A stretch of 64,000 nucleotides of DNA, taken from contig JAYKHR010000066.1 in the NCBI GenBank assembly GCA_035285125.1, forward strand, positions 32,001-96,000. Reading direction: 5' to 3'. The stretch is from Candidatus Sericytochromatia bacterium (GTDB lineage Bacteria > Cyanobacteriota > Sericytochromatia > S15B-MN24 > JAQBPE01). The translations under genes were made by a program, and so were the position numbers. Positions 44,829-53,148 of the stretch are shown in pieces (the first letter of the stretch is position 1; every line of letters begins with the position of its first letter). The notes beneath the pieces are model-generated. The model was not told the origin of the DNA, searched no databases, and saw only the letters and a list, made by a program, of their open reading frames with translations.

Positions 44829-45107
44829 GTGACACCCGATCTCGATCCTGCCCCCCTGAGCCCGGCCGCCGAGGCAACCTTCCACGTGCTGGCCGCCAGC
44901 GTCCCCGAAGCCGACTGGGATCGGCTCGTTCGGACGACCACCGAGGCCGTCCTCAGGCGCCTCGGGGCCTGTGGGGCGCTCGACGGGGCCTCGCCCGAGG
45001 CCATGCGCGAGGCCTTCCATCTGGTGGGCGAACTCCTGGTCGCGCACACCAACGTGACGCTGACGTGCCTGGCGGCAGCCCAGGCCGCGGGGGGGCCCGA
45101 CGCGTGA
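44829..45107 (+). CDS. Hypothetical helical protein
   Basis: GGAGG SD; TGtTACGAT upstream; GTGA coupling to the crotonase gene. Confidence 0.55.
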   Translation: MTPDLDPAPLSPAAEATFHVLAASVPEADWDRLVRTTTEAVLRRLGACGALDGASPEAMREAFHLVGELLVAHTNVTLTCLAAAQAAGGPDA

Positions 45108-45877
45108 GCCTGCGGTTCGAGCAGCACGGTGCCATCGGGGTGTTGACGCTAGATCGTCCCGACAAGCTCAACGCCATGAGCCACGAGATGGGGGACGCCC
45201 TGGCAGCCGCCGTCGCGTCGCTCGCCGGGGCCCCCGGGCTGCGCTGCCTGTTGCTGCGTGCCGAGGGGCGCGCCTTCAGCGCTGGGGGCGACCTGGCCTT
45301 CCTCGAGGCCAACCGGGCGCGGACGGAGGCCGAGAACCAGGCGGACATGCGGTCGTTCTATGCGAAGTTCCTGACCATTCAAGACGCGCCCGTGCCCACC
45401 ATCGCCCTGGTGCAGGGGCGCGCAACGGGCGCCGGGATGTGCCTCGCCCTGGCTTGCGACATCCGGATCGCCGCCGACGATGCGCTGTTGTCCTTCAACT
45501 TCGTGCGCATCGGGCTGACGCCCGGCATGGGCGGCACCTGGACCCTGCCTCGCCTGGTCGGGCCCTCACGGGCGGCCGAGCTGGCGTTCACGGGGCGCAC
45601 CGTCGATGCCCCGGAGGCCCTCGTGATGGGCCTCGTGAGCCGCGTGGTGCCTGGAGCGGAGCTGCTCGCGCAGGGCCTCGCGCTGGCGGAGGCGATCGGC
45701 ACGGCCTCACCGCAGGCCGTGCGCGCGACGCGCCGCCTGCTGGCCCAAGCCCCCGGTCTCAGCCTCGGAGAGGCGCTGGACCGAGAGGCTGCCGCCCAGG
45801 CCGTGGCGTTTGCGAGCGACGACTTGCGGGAAGGCCTGAGCGCCGTCAAGGAACGCAGGCCACCGGCCTTCAGCTGA
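45104..45877 (+). CDS. Enoyl-CoA hydratase/isomerase (crotonase) family
   Basis: LDRPDKLNA, AFSAGGDL, GAG..LALACDIR, GL.PG.G. Confidence 0.9.
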   Translation: MSLRFEQHGAIGVLTLDRPDKLNAMSHEMGDALAAAVASLAGAPGLRCLLLRAEGRAFSAGGDLAFLEANRARTEAENQADMRSFYAKFLTIQDAPVPTIALVQGRATGAGMCLALACDIRIAADDALLSFNFVRIGLTPGMGGTWTLPRLVGPSRAAELAFTGRTVDAPEALVMGLVSRVVPGAELLAQGLALAEAIGTASPQAVRATRRLLAQAPGLSLGEALDREAAAQAVAFASDDLREGLSAVKERRPPAFS

Positions 45878-45967
45878 CGTCGCCGCGCACCCTGACACGG
45901 TAAGCCGGGGTGTTGCCGGTCGAGGCTTGCCGCTTCCACCGCCGGGCGGGCGCCGCCCTGAAGCCAG

Positions 45968-47518
45968 TCACCGGGTATCAGCGGGTGAGCCCCTCCTCGG
46001 AGGCGTCGCGGCTGCGGCCCTGTTGCCGGGGAGACCCAGCGTGCGCCGATACAGGCCGATGTGACGCCCGGGGGCCTTCCACTCGTGCTCCAACCTGTAG
46101 CGGGAGCTTCCGCGCAGGGCTATGTCCATCGATGCCAGGGAACCCTGGTCCCCGATGTGCGTCGTCAGAACGTAACAAGGACGACCGGGCGGGACCCATC
46201 GCTCGACGTCTGCGATCCCAAAGGGGCCCAGGGACCAGTCCCGATTCGCCGGAAGGCGGCGAGCAAGAAACAGCACCACATTCTCTGGTTGCGCGTCCAC
46301 GACGGCAGCCCCTGCTGGCACGAGCCGGTCAACCTCTGCTGCCAGTGGCAAGATCCAGGTCTCGAGCGTGCCGGGCTGTTCGAACCGACGCGTATAAGCC
46401 GGATTCCAGGGCGCATGAAGGATCACCACACCCACCCCAAGGCCAAGGGTCATGCCCCATAGCCGGAACGTTCTGGACGGTCCGTACCGGGCGAGAAAGG
46501 CCAGCCAAAGCGCCACCAGGGGAACCCAACAGTTGAGCGTGTAGTGCGGGAAGTCTTTCACGAGCCGGGTCGCCAGCAGCAAGCCAAAAACGGCCAACCA
46601 GGACCCGACCCAGACCGACTCGCGCCGTGCCCCGTCCTCGCGCAGCCTGCCAAGCAGCCACAACCCAGCGGTGATGGACCCAACCAAGCCCACCAGCCCC
46701 AGCGTCGCCCGGCGGAACTCCGCCGGTAGCGAGACGGGCAGGGCCAGCACCTGGGCCTTCAGGTGTCTCAGAATGCTCCACCACCCTCCCGTACCGTCGT
46801 GAGAAACGTAACTTGCCAACTGGGCGCCGCTGCTCAGCAAAGGCCCCCCGTCGAAGCCGAGCCAGGCCACGAGCCCGAACAGGGGGGCTGCAAAGCCGAG
46901 CAGAAGGGAAGCCCCGTGCGACCCACGCCGAACCTGGAAGGCGAATGGCAGGAGCAGCAAGACACCGACCTGCTTGGAGAGCACCGCGAGCCCGCCGGCG
47001 AAGCCCGCAGCAGCAAAGGCCAGGGCGCCTGCGCGACGCGGCGGTCCGAACGCGAGCAACGCCAGCAGGCCACACAGGACCACGGCGTGCTCGAGCGTCA
47101 CGTGGTTCCCGCCGAATTCCACCGCAAGCAGGGGGTAACCCGCGGCAAGGAACCAGGTGAGAAGCGGTGAGGACCCTGGCGCCAGGCGCCTCCCACAGGC
47201 AACCGTGAGGGCCCCTATGGCCACCACCCAGGCGATGGGAAGCCACGTAACTAGCAAGTACCGTTCAATCCCGAGCCAGATGGGAAGGGCATTTACTGAG
47301 GCCATCAGGGGCGGATAGAAGGGCGAAAAATCCACGTAAGGGCGCAGGCCCGCCGCCACCATCGCAGCCTGTTGCAGGAAAAACCCGGCGTCGTGATCCC
47401 AGATGCCGCGGACCACATCGACGCACAGCAGGCCCACCGCCGCCGCAAAGGCGAGGGCGCCGAGGGCCGCCCCAAAGACCCCGCCCTCCCGCGGATTGCC
47501 CGAGACCTCGCGCCTCAA
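45968..47518 (-). CDS. Polytopic membrane protein, GT-C (ArnT/PMT-like) glycosyltransferase candidate
   Basis: D after TM1, G..PY.DF...YPPL, LSKQ, FPHY; about 11 TM plus a soluble C-terminal domain. Confidence 0.65.
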   Translation of the reverse strand: MRREVSGNPREGGVFGAALGALAFAAAVGLLCVDVVRGIWDHDAGFFLQQAAMVAAGLRPYVDFSPFYPPLMASVNALPIWLGIERYLLVTWLPIAWVVAIGALTVACGRRLAPGSSPLLTWFLAAGYPLLAVEFGGNHVTLEHAVVLCGLLALLAFGPPRRAGALAFAAAGFAGGLAVLSKQVGVLLLLPFAFQVRRGSHGASLLLGFAAPLFGLVAWLGFDGGPLLSSGAQLASYVSHDGTGGWWSILRHLKAQVLALPVSLPAEFRRATLGLVGLVGSITAGLWLLGRLREDGARRESVWVGSWLAVFGLLLATRLVKDFPHYTLNCWVPLVALWLAFLARYGPSRTFRLWGMTLGLGVGVVILHAPWNPAYTRRFEQPGTLETWILPLAAEVDRLVPAGAAVVDAQPENVVLFLARRLPANRDWSLGPFGIADVERWVPPGRPCYVLTTHIGDQGSLASMDIALRGSSRYRLEHEWKAPGRHIGLYRRTLGLPGNRAAAATPPRRGSPADTR

Positions 47519-48279
47519 GGTCGCACCTCGCCGGCGGCCAACCGCGCCCGCTGATGGGGCACACAGCGGCTCGCGTAGTCGCAGCTGCCGCAGGAGGGGG
47601 TCACGACAGGCTCGAAGTCCTCATCGCGAGAGAGCCGGACCATCGCCTCGTGCGCCACGGTGAGGCGGGCCGCCCAGGCCTCCTCGTCGAGGTCCAACGA
47701 GGTGTCGCTCCCGCCGGGCCGGACCACGACGACCTGGGCCGGGACCAGGCCCGTGGCCTGGGTGACCAGGCTCCGGTAGATGGCCAGCTGCTGAAGGGTT
47801 GCGTCCGTTACCTCCGCAGCGTCCCGAGCACCCGTCTTGTAGTCGAGGAGCGCAAGGCTGCCGTCCGGCAGCTTGTCCACCCGGTCGACAATCCCCCTGA
47901 TGCGAAGCTCCCCGAGGCGCCCCTCGAGCCTTTTCTCCAGCATCAGGGGCGTGCCGCGGTCGCGCCGCGCCTCGCGGGCGCTCGCGTACCTGATCAGCCG
48001 CTGAGCGGCCTCCAGGCGACAGGCTTGCTCCTCTTCCGGCGAGGCGAAGCCCTCCGAGGTCCACGTCGCGGCGAGGGAGGCCAGTGCAGCCCGCTCGCCG
48101 TCCCCGTCACCGGGGGCAGCCTGCTCCAGGGCCTCCAACGCGGCGTGGAGGTTGATGCCGAGGGCCTGAGCGCTGGTGCGACGCTGCGGCACCTTCACCA
48201 CGTAGCGCCAGTAGTAGCGGCGCGGGCACCGGGCGTAGACGGCCACGCGGCTCGCGCTGTGCACGGCGGGGGAACTCAC
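47515..48279 (-). CDS. PD-(D/E)XK RecB/AddB/Cas4-like nuclease with a 4-Cys cluster
   Basis: S.S....Y..CP..Y, G...H..LE, E, G.VDRVD, DYKTG, QL.IY, C..C.Y...C. Confidence 0.85.
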   Translation of the reverse strand: MSSPAVHSASRVAVYARCPRRYYWRYVVKVPQRRTSAQALGINLHAALEALEQAAPGDGDGERAALASLAATWTSEGFASPEEEQACRLEAAQRLIRYASAREARRDRGTPLMLEKRLEGRLGELRIRGIVDRVDKLPDGSLALLDYKTGARDAAEVTDATLQQLAIYRSLVTQATGLVPAQVVVVRPGGSDTSLDLDEEAWAARLTVAHEAMVRLSRDEDFEPVVTPSCGSCDYASRCVPHQRARLAAGEVRP

Positions 48280-48283
48280 GGCG

Positions 48284-50065
48284 TCAGATGCTGGCTGGGA
48301 CGCGAAGCGGCGTGCGGCCGCCGCCCGAGAAGCTTGCGCGCAGCGAGGGTTCGAAGATCGCCGAGGCGGGGTCGAAGCTGTTGATGACGACGCAGCCAGG
48401 CTTGGCGGCGGCGTGAAGGTAGCATCCCTCCCCCAGGTAGAGCCCCACGTGACCTGGGAAAAACACGAGGTCGCCAGGAAGCAGGTCCCCGACCTCCGGC
48501 ACCGGCGGCAACGCTGCTTGCTGCTGGTCGGCGTCACGGGGCAGGGCGACGCCCATGACCAGATGGCTCAGCTGCGTGAGGCCGCTGCAGTCGATGCCCC
48601 AGCCAGAGGTCCCGCCCCACACGTAGGGCAGCCCCAGAAACCGCCGGGCGAAGGCCAGCATCGCCTCGATGCCCCCCCCCGAGCCCAGCATCCGCACATC
48701 CTGGGCCGCGAGTGCCACCAGGCTGCCGTCCCCGAGCCCGTAGGTGCCCTGGCCTCGGCTGGCCAGCCGGGTGCCCGCACTCAGCTGCAGCACGCGCCCG
48801 TCGGACGTCGGCACGGCCACCAGCGGCGCGATCAGGATGGCGTCCGCAGGCGGGGGCGCACCCGGGGCCAAGTTGGTGCTGCGTCCCCAGGCCACATAGC
48901 CATCGAGGGTGCGCACGAGGGTCCACTCCTCGACCTCGTCTAGCAGCGCGAGCTCATCGCCCAGCCGAGCCTGGCTGACGAGCTCGTGCGCATGCCCTGG
49001 GCCGCGCCGGAGCTGCAGGCACGGGGCGGTGACGACCCCGGCCCGGGCGGTCAGCAGGCGGGCCCCCAGCTCGACGTGCAGCGTGGGTGGGGGGGCCAGG
49101 CGCTCCGGCTCAGTGGTCTCGCCGAGCACCGCGAGGTGGCCGTCCAGCCAGGCCAGGGTGCGCGTGTCCTGCAGCAGCCTGGCGTCCGCGCCCTTCCGAC
49201 TGGCCTCCAGCCAGGCCGCCGCGACGGCCTCGCGGGCCTCGAGCTGGGCCACCCAACCCTGCACGACCGTCATGGTCCGGGCGAGCAGCGCGTCGGCCTC
49301 GGCCTCCCGGCCGGGGGCGGGACCGGTCAGGGCGGCAATGGCCCAACCGTGGTCGTCTCCGACCAGGCCGGCGTCGTGGCGATAGCCCGGCAGCTCGCCC
49401 GTCTTGTGGGCGAAGCGGAGGCCTGCGGAAAGGCCGGCCGCCAGCTTCTCGCGGCTGCGCTGCTGCCCGAGCATCGCCAGCAGCTCCGCGGTCGAGGCAG
49501 GGTCCAGCAACGCCCCCTCGGCCAGCCGCCCCAGCAGAAGCGCCATCTCGGCGGCCGTGGTGAGGTTCTCGCGCCCCTGCTCCCGGGCCTCCGGGTCGAG
49601 CATGCGCCGCCGCAGGCAGGTGGCCGTGAGCCCCACCGCCTGCGCCAGGGGCGTGATGGCGTCAAGGCCCAGCCTGTCGATCAGGGCGTTGGTGGCGGCG
49701 TTGTCGCTCTCCGTGAGGGAGCGATCGAGGACCTTGCGCCACGGGTGCTGGTAGCCTGCGGGCGCCAGCCCGAGGTTGTCGAACTCTCGCTCTTCGTCGT
49801 CGGGCAGCGCGGCGACGGAGACGCGTTCCTCGAGATCCAGGGCGCCTCGCGAGGCCGCTTCATAGGCGGCGATCGCCAGGGGGATCTTGATCAGGCTGGC
49901 CGCGGGCAGTACGGTGTTCCCAGTCGACCAGCGGCTGCCCGAGCGACGGTGCCAGCAGGCCAGGTCACAGGGGATGCCAGCGTCGCGCCAGAGGGCCTCC
50001 AGCGAGGCGGCCAGCTCGGTGGGCGGCACGGGCCAGGCGTTGGCGAAGGACGATGGCGATGACAC
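48284..50065 (-). CDS. Fusion: class A beta-lactamase/PBP-like serine hydrolase, SH3b, NlpC/P60
   Basis: AASLIK (SxxK), SDN, HKTG; SQ..LG; Y.WGG....G.DCSG, LPRDA.QQ, GDLVFF, HVGLY, H; start uncertain. Confidence 0.85.
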   Translation of the reverse strand: MSSPSSFANAWPVPPTELAASLEALWRDAGIPCDLACWHRRSGSRWSTGNTVLPAASLIKIPLAIAAYEAASRGALDLEERVSVAALPDDEEREFDNLGLAPAGYQHPWRKVLDRSLTESDNAATNALIDRLGLDAITPLAQAVGLTATCLRRRMLDPEAREQGRENLTTAAEMALLLGRLAEGALLDPASTAELLAMLGQQRSREKLAAGLSAGLRFAHKTGELPGYRHDAGLVGDDHGWAIAALTGPAPGREAEADALLARTMTVVQGWVAQLEAREAVAAAWLEASRKGADARLLQDTRTLAWLDGHLAVLGETTEPERLAPPPTLHVELGARLLTARAGVVTAPCLQLRRGPGHAHELVSQARLGDELALLDEVEEWTLVRTLDGYVAWGRSTNLAPGAPPPADAILIAPLVAVPTSDGRVLQLSAGTRLASRGQGTYGLGDGSLVALAAQDVRMLGSGGGIEAMLAFARRFLGLPYVWGGTSGWGIDCSGLTQLSHLVMGVALPRDADQQQAALPPVPEVGDLLPGDLVFFPGHVGLYLGEGCYLHAAAKPGCVVINSFDPASAIFEPSLRASFSGGGRTPLRVPASI

Positions 50066-51075
50066 AGGACACCTCGAAGACAGGCGGCTCGGGCGCGCGC
50101 GAACCCTCAGTCTACCACGCGCGTGCGTGCGAGCTTCACGCCCAGCACCCGGTGGTCGATGCGCACTGCGACACCATTACGCTCGTGCTGGACGACGGCC
50201 TCGACTTCGTCGGCGGCGACCCGCGCAGCCAGGTTGACCTGCCTCGGCTGCGGGCCGGCGGCGTCAGCTTGCAGGTGCTGGCCTGCTGGAACGAAGCGGC
50301 CCACTCGGGCCACGCTGCTTTCGCGCGCTGCATGGCGAAGATCGGGGCCTTTCACCGCCTCGCCAGGCAGCACGGCTTGCGGCACGTGAAGGGGGTGGCA
50401 GACCTGGACGGGCCGGGGGTCGGCTTCGTGCTCTCGATGGAGGATGCGGCCCCGTGCATGGGCAGCGGGCCTCACCTCGAGGCCCTGTATGCTGCAGGGG
50501 TGAGGATGATTGGCCTGACCTGGAATGGCCGCAACGAGCTCGCGGACGGGGTGGGCGTGGGGCTGCGACCCGGTGGCCTCACGGATGTGGGCCGGGAGCT
50601 CGTCACCCAGATGGCCGAGCTCGGCATTGTCGTGGATCTCGCGCACGTCTCCAAGCCCTCCTTCTGGGACGTGTTCGAGGTGGTGTCGGGCCCCGTCGCC
50701 GTGTCCCATGCCAACGCGGCCGCCGTCCAGGCCCACCGGCGCAACCTCGACGACGACCAGATCCGGGCCGTGGCCGAGCGCAGCGGCGTCATCGGCGTGA
50801 CCTTCGTGCCGTCCTTCCTGGCTGACGGTGGGACGGCTTCCGTGCGGGACGTGGTGCGGCACGTCAACCACCTGGTTGCCACCGGTGGGGCGGGCGTGGT
50901 GGGCCTCGGCTCCGACTTCGACGGCATCACCGTGCCCCCCGACGGCCTCAACGACGTGGGAGACCTGCCGGGGCTCACGGCGGCGCTGCTGGCGGAGGGC
51001 CACAGCGAGGCTGACGTCGTGGGCTTCCTGGGGGGGAACTGGCTCCGCGTCTTCCGCGCCGTGTGGCACGGCTGA
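50053..51075 (+). CDS. Membrane dipeptidase (M19) family
   Basis: DAHCD, QVDLPRL..GG, LTWN..N, DLAH, SHAN, RNL.D, GSDFDG, GGNWLRV. Confidence 0.92.
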   Translation: MAMTQDTSKTGGSGAREPSVYHARACELHAQHPVVDAHCDTITLVLDDGLDFVGGDPRSQVDLPRLRAGGVSLQVLACWNEAAHSGHAAFARCMAKIGAFHRLARQHGLRHVKGVADLDGPGVGFVLSMEDAAPCMGSGPHLEALYAAGVRMIGLTWNGRNELADGVGVGLRPGGLTDVGRELVTQMAELGIVVDLAHVSKPSFWDVFEVVSGPVAVSHANAAAVQAHRRNLDDDQIRAVAERSGVIGVTFVPSFLADGGTASVRDVVRHVNHLVATGGAGVVGLGSDFDGITVPPDGLNDVGDLPGLTAALLAEGHSEADVVGFLGGNWLRVFRAVWHG

Positions 51076-51076
51076 G

Positions 51077-51694
51077 ATGCGCCTCATCGGCCTCACAGGG
51101 GGCATCGCCTGTGGCAAGACGGCCGTGGCCGACGTGTTGGCTGGCCTGGGCGCCGCCATCATCGACACGGATGCGCTGGCGCGAGAGGTTGTGGCGCCTG
51201 GCAGCGAGGGGCTGGCGGCCGTGGTGGCTGCCTTCGGCCCGGGGGTGCTGCGCGAAGACGGGGCGCTCGACCGGGAAAAACTCGGCGCGCTCGTGTTCAC
51301 CAACCCGGAGGCCCGAGAGACCCTCAACGGCATCACCCACCCGCGCATCAGGGGGTTGCTGACGGCTCGCGTCGCGGAGCTCCGGGCGTCGGCCCGGCCT
51401 CCCCGGGCCGCGGTGCTGGTCGTGCCGTTGCTGTTCGAGAACGGCCTCGATCGGCTGGTCGACGAGGCCTGGGTGGTCGATGTGCCTGAAGGTACCCAGC
51501 GAGAGCGTCTGGCAGGGCGCAACGCCTACGGCCCGGCCGAGGTGGAGGCGCGGATTTCGAGCCAGATGCCCCGTGCGGAGCGGCTGGCAAGGGCCTCGCG
51601 GGTGATCGACAACGCCGGTCCCCTCGCCGAGCTGGGCGCGCGCGTGGCCGAGGCCTGGCAATCGGCCGGTCTGACGGCCGAGGGGGCGCCTTGA
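51077..51694 (+). CDS. coaE: Dephospho-CoA kinase
   Basis: IGLTGGIACGKT, D.D..AR, LDR..LG..VF, HP, PLLFE, RI.SQ. Confidence 0.95.
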   Translation: MRLIGLTGGIACGKTAVADVLAGLGAAIIDTDALAREVVAPGSEGLAAVVAAFGPGVLREDGALDREKLGALVFTNPEARETLNGITHPRIRGLLTARVAELRASARPPRAAVLVVPLLFENGLDRLVDEAWVVDVPEGTQRERLAGRNAYGPAEVEARISSQMPRAERLARASRVIDNAGPLAELGARVAEAWQSAGLTAEGAP

Positions 51695-52212
51695 GGCACG
51701 TGGACGGCATGGCGCTGGCGCTCGCGGAAGCCAAGGCGGCCGCCCGGGCGGGCGACGTGCCCGTCGGGGCCGTGCTGGTCTGCGGCGACCGGGTGGTGGG
51801 GCGGGGGCGCAACACGCGCGAGGCGCTGTTCGATCCGACAGGGCACGCGGAGATCAACGCCATTCGCATGGGCGCTGCCAGGCTCGGGCGCTGGCGGCTG
51901 CACGGCTGTGTGCTCTATGTGACGCTGGAGCCCTGCGCCATGTGCGCGGCAGCCCTCGTGCAAGCCCGCCTTCCGCTGCTGGTGTACGGCGCCAGCGACC
52001 CCAAGGCGGGCGCGGCGGGCAGCCGGCTCAACCTGGTCGAGGACCCCAGGTTCAATCACCGCGTTGAGGTCGTGGGTGGGGTCGCGGAGGAGGCCTGTGG
52101 CGTTCTGCTCACGCGCTTTTTCAGGGGGCGCGGCGCCGCATCAGCAGGAGAGTTGCAGACCCAGCATGGCGAGGGCGCACAGCACGATCAGGCACTCGAG
52201 CATGGGGCGTGA
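51691..52212 (+). CDS. tadA: tRNA adenosine(34) deaminase
   Basis: M..AL..A, VPVGAV, DPT.HAE, TLEPC.MC, DPK.GA, NH, FF; atypical C-terminal tail of about 25 aa. Confidence 0.92.
   Translation: MRHVDGMALALAEAKAAARAGDVPVGAVLVCGDRVVGRGRNTREALFDPTGHAEINAIRMGAARLGRWRLHGCVLYVTLEPCAMCAAALVQARLPLLVYGASDPKAGAAGSRLNLVEDPRFNHRVEVVGGVAEEACGVLLTRFFRGRGAASAGELQTQHGEGAQHDQALEHGA
52141..52203 (-). CDS. 20-aa hydrophobic peptide MLECLIVLCALAMLGLQLSC
   Basis: GGAGGT SD 8 nt upstream (52212-52217); own promoter upstream; not in the ORF track. Confidence 0.6.
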   Translation of the reverse strand: MLECLIVLCALAMLGLQLSC

Positions 52213-52276
52213 CCTCCGGCAGCAGGGCCAGGCTTATCGGGACCGCAGCCAGCCCGCCGCCGACGCGCCCGAGGCC

Positions 52277-52305
52277 ATCTTAGCCCGAATCCGGCGCCTT
52301 GTAAA
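52277..52305 (-). promoter_or_regulatory. sigma70-type promoter TTTACA-N17-TAAGAT for the small peptide gene
   Basis: Exact 17-bp spacer; AT-rich upstream block containing a second TTTACA. Confidence 0.65.
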
Positions 52306-52419
52306 GTATTGTAAACATTTCTGACCCACCGCATGCAACCCGCCTTGCGGCCTTCCGCAGGCTAGCGGCGAGCGCCGCGGGTATAATGCGTCCGCGTTCC
52401 CGCAACGAGGAAGTCCTGC

Positions 52420-53148
52420 GTGATCACCTTCGACCAAGTCCACAAGCGCTACGGCCCCCTGCACGTGCTGCAGGGCGTCGATGTCACCATTGAGGCCGGG
52501 CAGAAGGTGGTGGTGATCGGGCCGAGCGGATCGGGCAAGAGCACGTTCCTGCGCTGCATCAACCGCCTGGAGGAGATCAGCGAGGGGCGCCTGGTGGTGG
52601 ACGGCATCCCTCTCCATGACCCTCGTTCGGACCTGCGGGCCCTGCGGGAAGAGGTCGGGATGGTCTTCCAGAACTTCAACCTGTTTCCACACCGAACCGT
52701 CCTGGAGAACGTGACGCTCGCGCCGCGGGTGGTGCGTCGGGTGCCCTCGGGAGAGGCCAACGCCCTCGGTTTGGAGCTGCTCGAAAAGGTGGGAATGGCC
52801 CACAAGGCATCGGCGTACCCCACCACGCTTTCGGGCGGCCAGCAGCAACGGGTGGCGATCGCCCGGGGCATGGCCATGCGGCCCAAGATCATGCTCTTCG
52901 ACGAGCCCACCTCGGCGCTCGACCCGGAGATGGTGCAGGAGGTGCTGGAGGTCATGACCGACCTGGCCCACGGCCAGATGACCATGGTCGTTGTGACCCA
53001 CGAGATGGGATTCGCCCGCAGCGTGGCCGACCGGTTGCTCTTCATGGACGGCGGCCGGGTCGTCGAGGACCGCGCCCCCGAGGCCTTCTTCAGCGCCCCC
53101 GAGACCGACAGGGCGAGGCAGTTCCTTGCCAAGGTCGTCTCAGCCTGA
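52420..53148 (+). CDS. Polar amino acid ABC transporter ATP-binding subunit (GlnQ-like)
   Basis: GPSGSGKST, MVFQ.FNLF, LSGGQQQR, DEPTSALD, THEM; TATAAT at 52382-52387. Confidence 0.93.
   Translation: MITFDQVHKRYGPLHVLQGVDVTIEAGQKVVVIGPSGSGKSTFLRCINRLEEISEGRLVVDGIPLHDPRSDLRALREEVGMVFQNFNLFPHRTVLENVTLAPRVVRRVPSGEANALGLELLEKVGMAHKASAYPTTLSGGQQQRVAIARGMAMRPKIMLFDEPTSALDPEMVQEVLEVMTDLAHGQMTMVVVTHEMGFARSVADRLLFMDGGRVVEDRAPEAFFSAPETDRARQFLAKVVSA

Noticed and set aside
47515..48279. CRISPR-Cas locus based on the Cas4-like gene
   Set aside because: No cas1/cas2 or repeat array in the window
48672..48680. C9 tract (and the G8 tract in ribBA at 2351-2358) as phase-variation sites
   Set aside because: Both are in-frame Gly codons in intact genes
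49250..50065. Beta-lactam resistance gene
   Set aside because: No signal peptide, fused to NlpC/P60, and no clear omega-loop ExxLN motif
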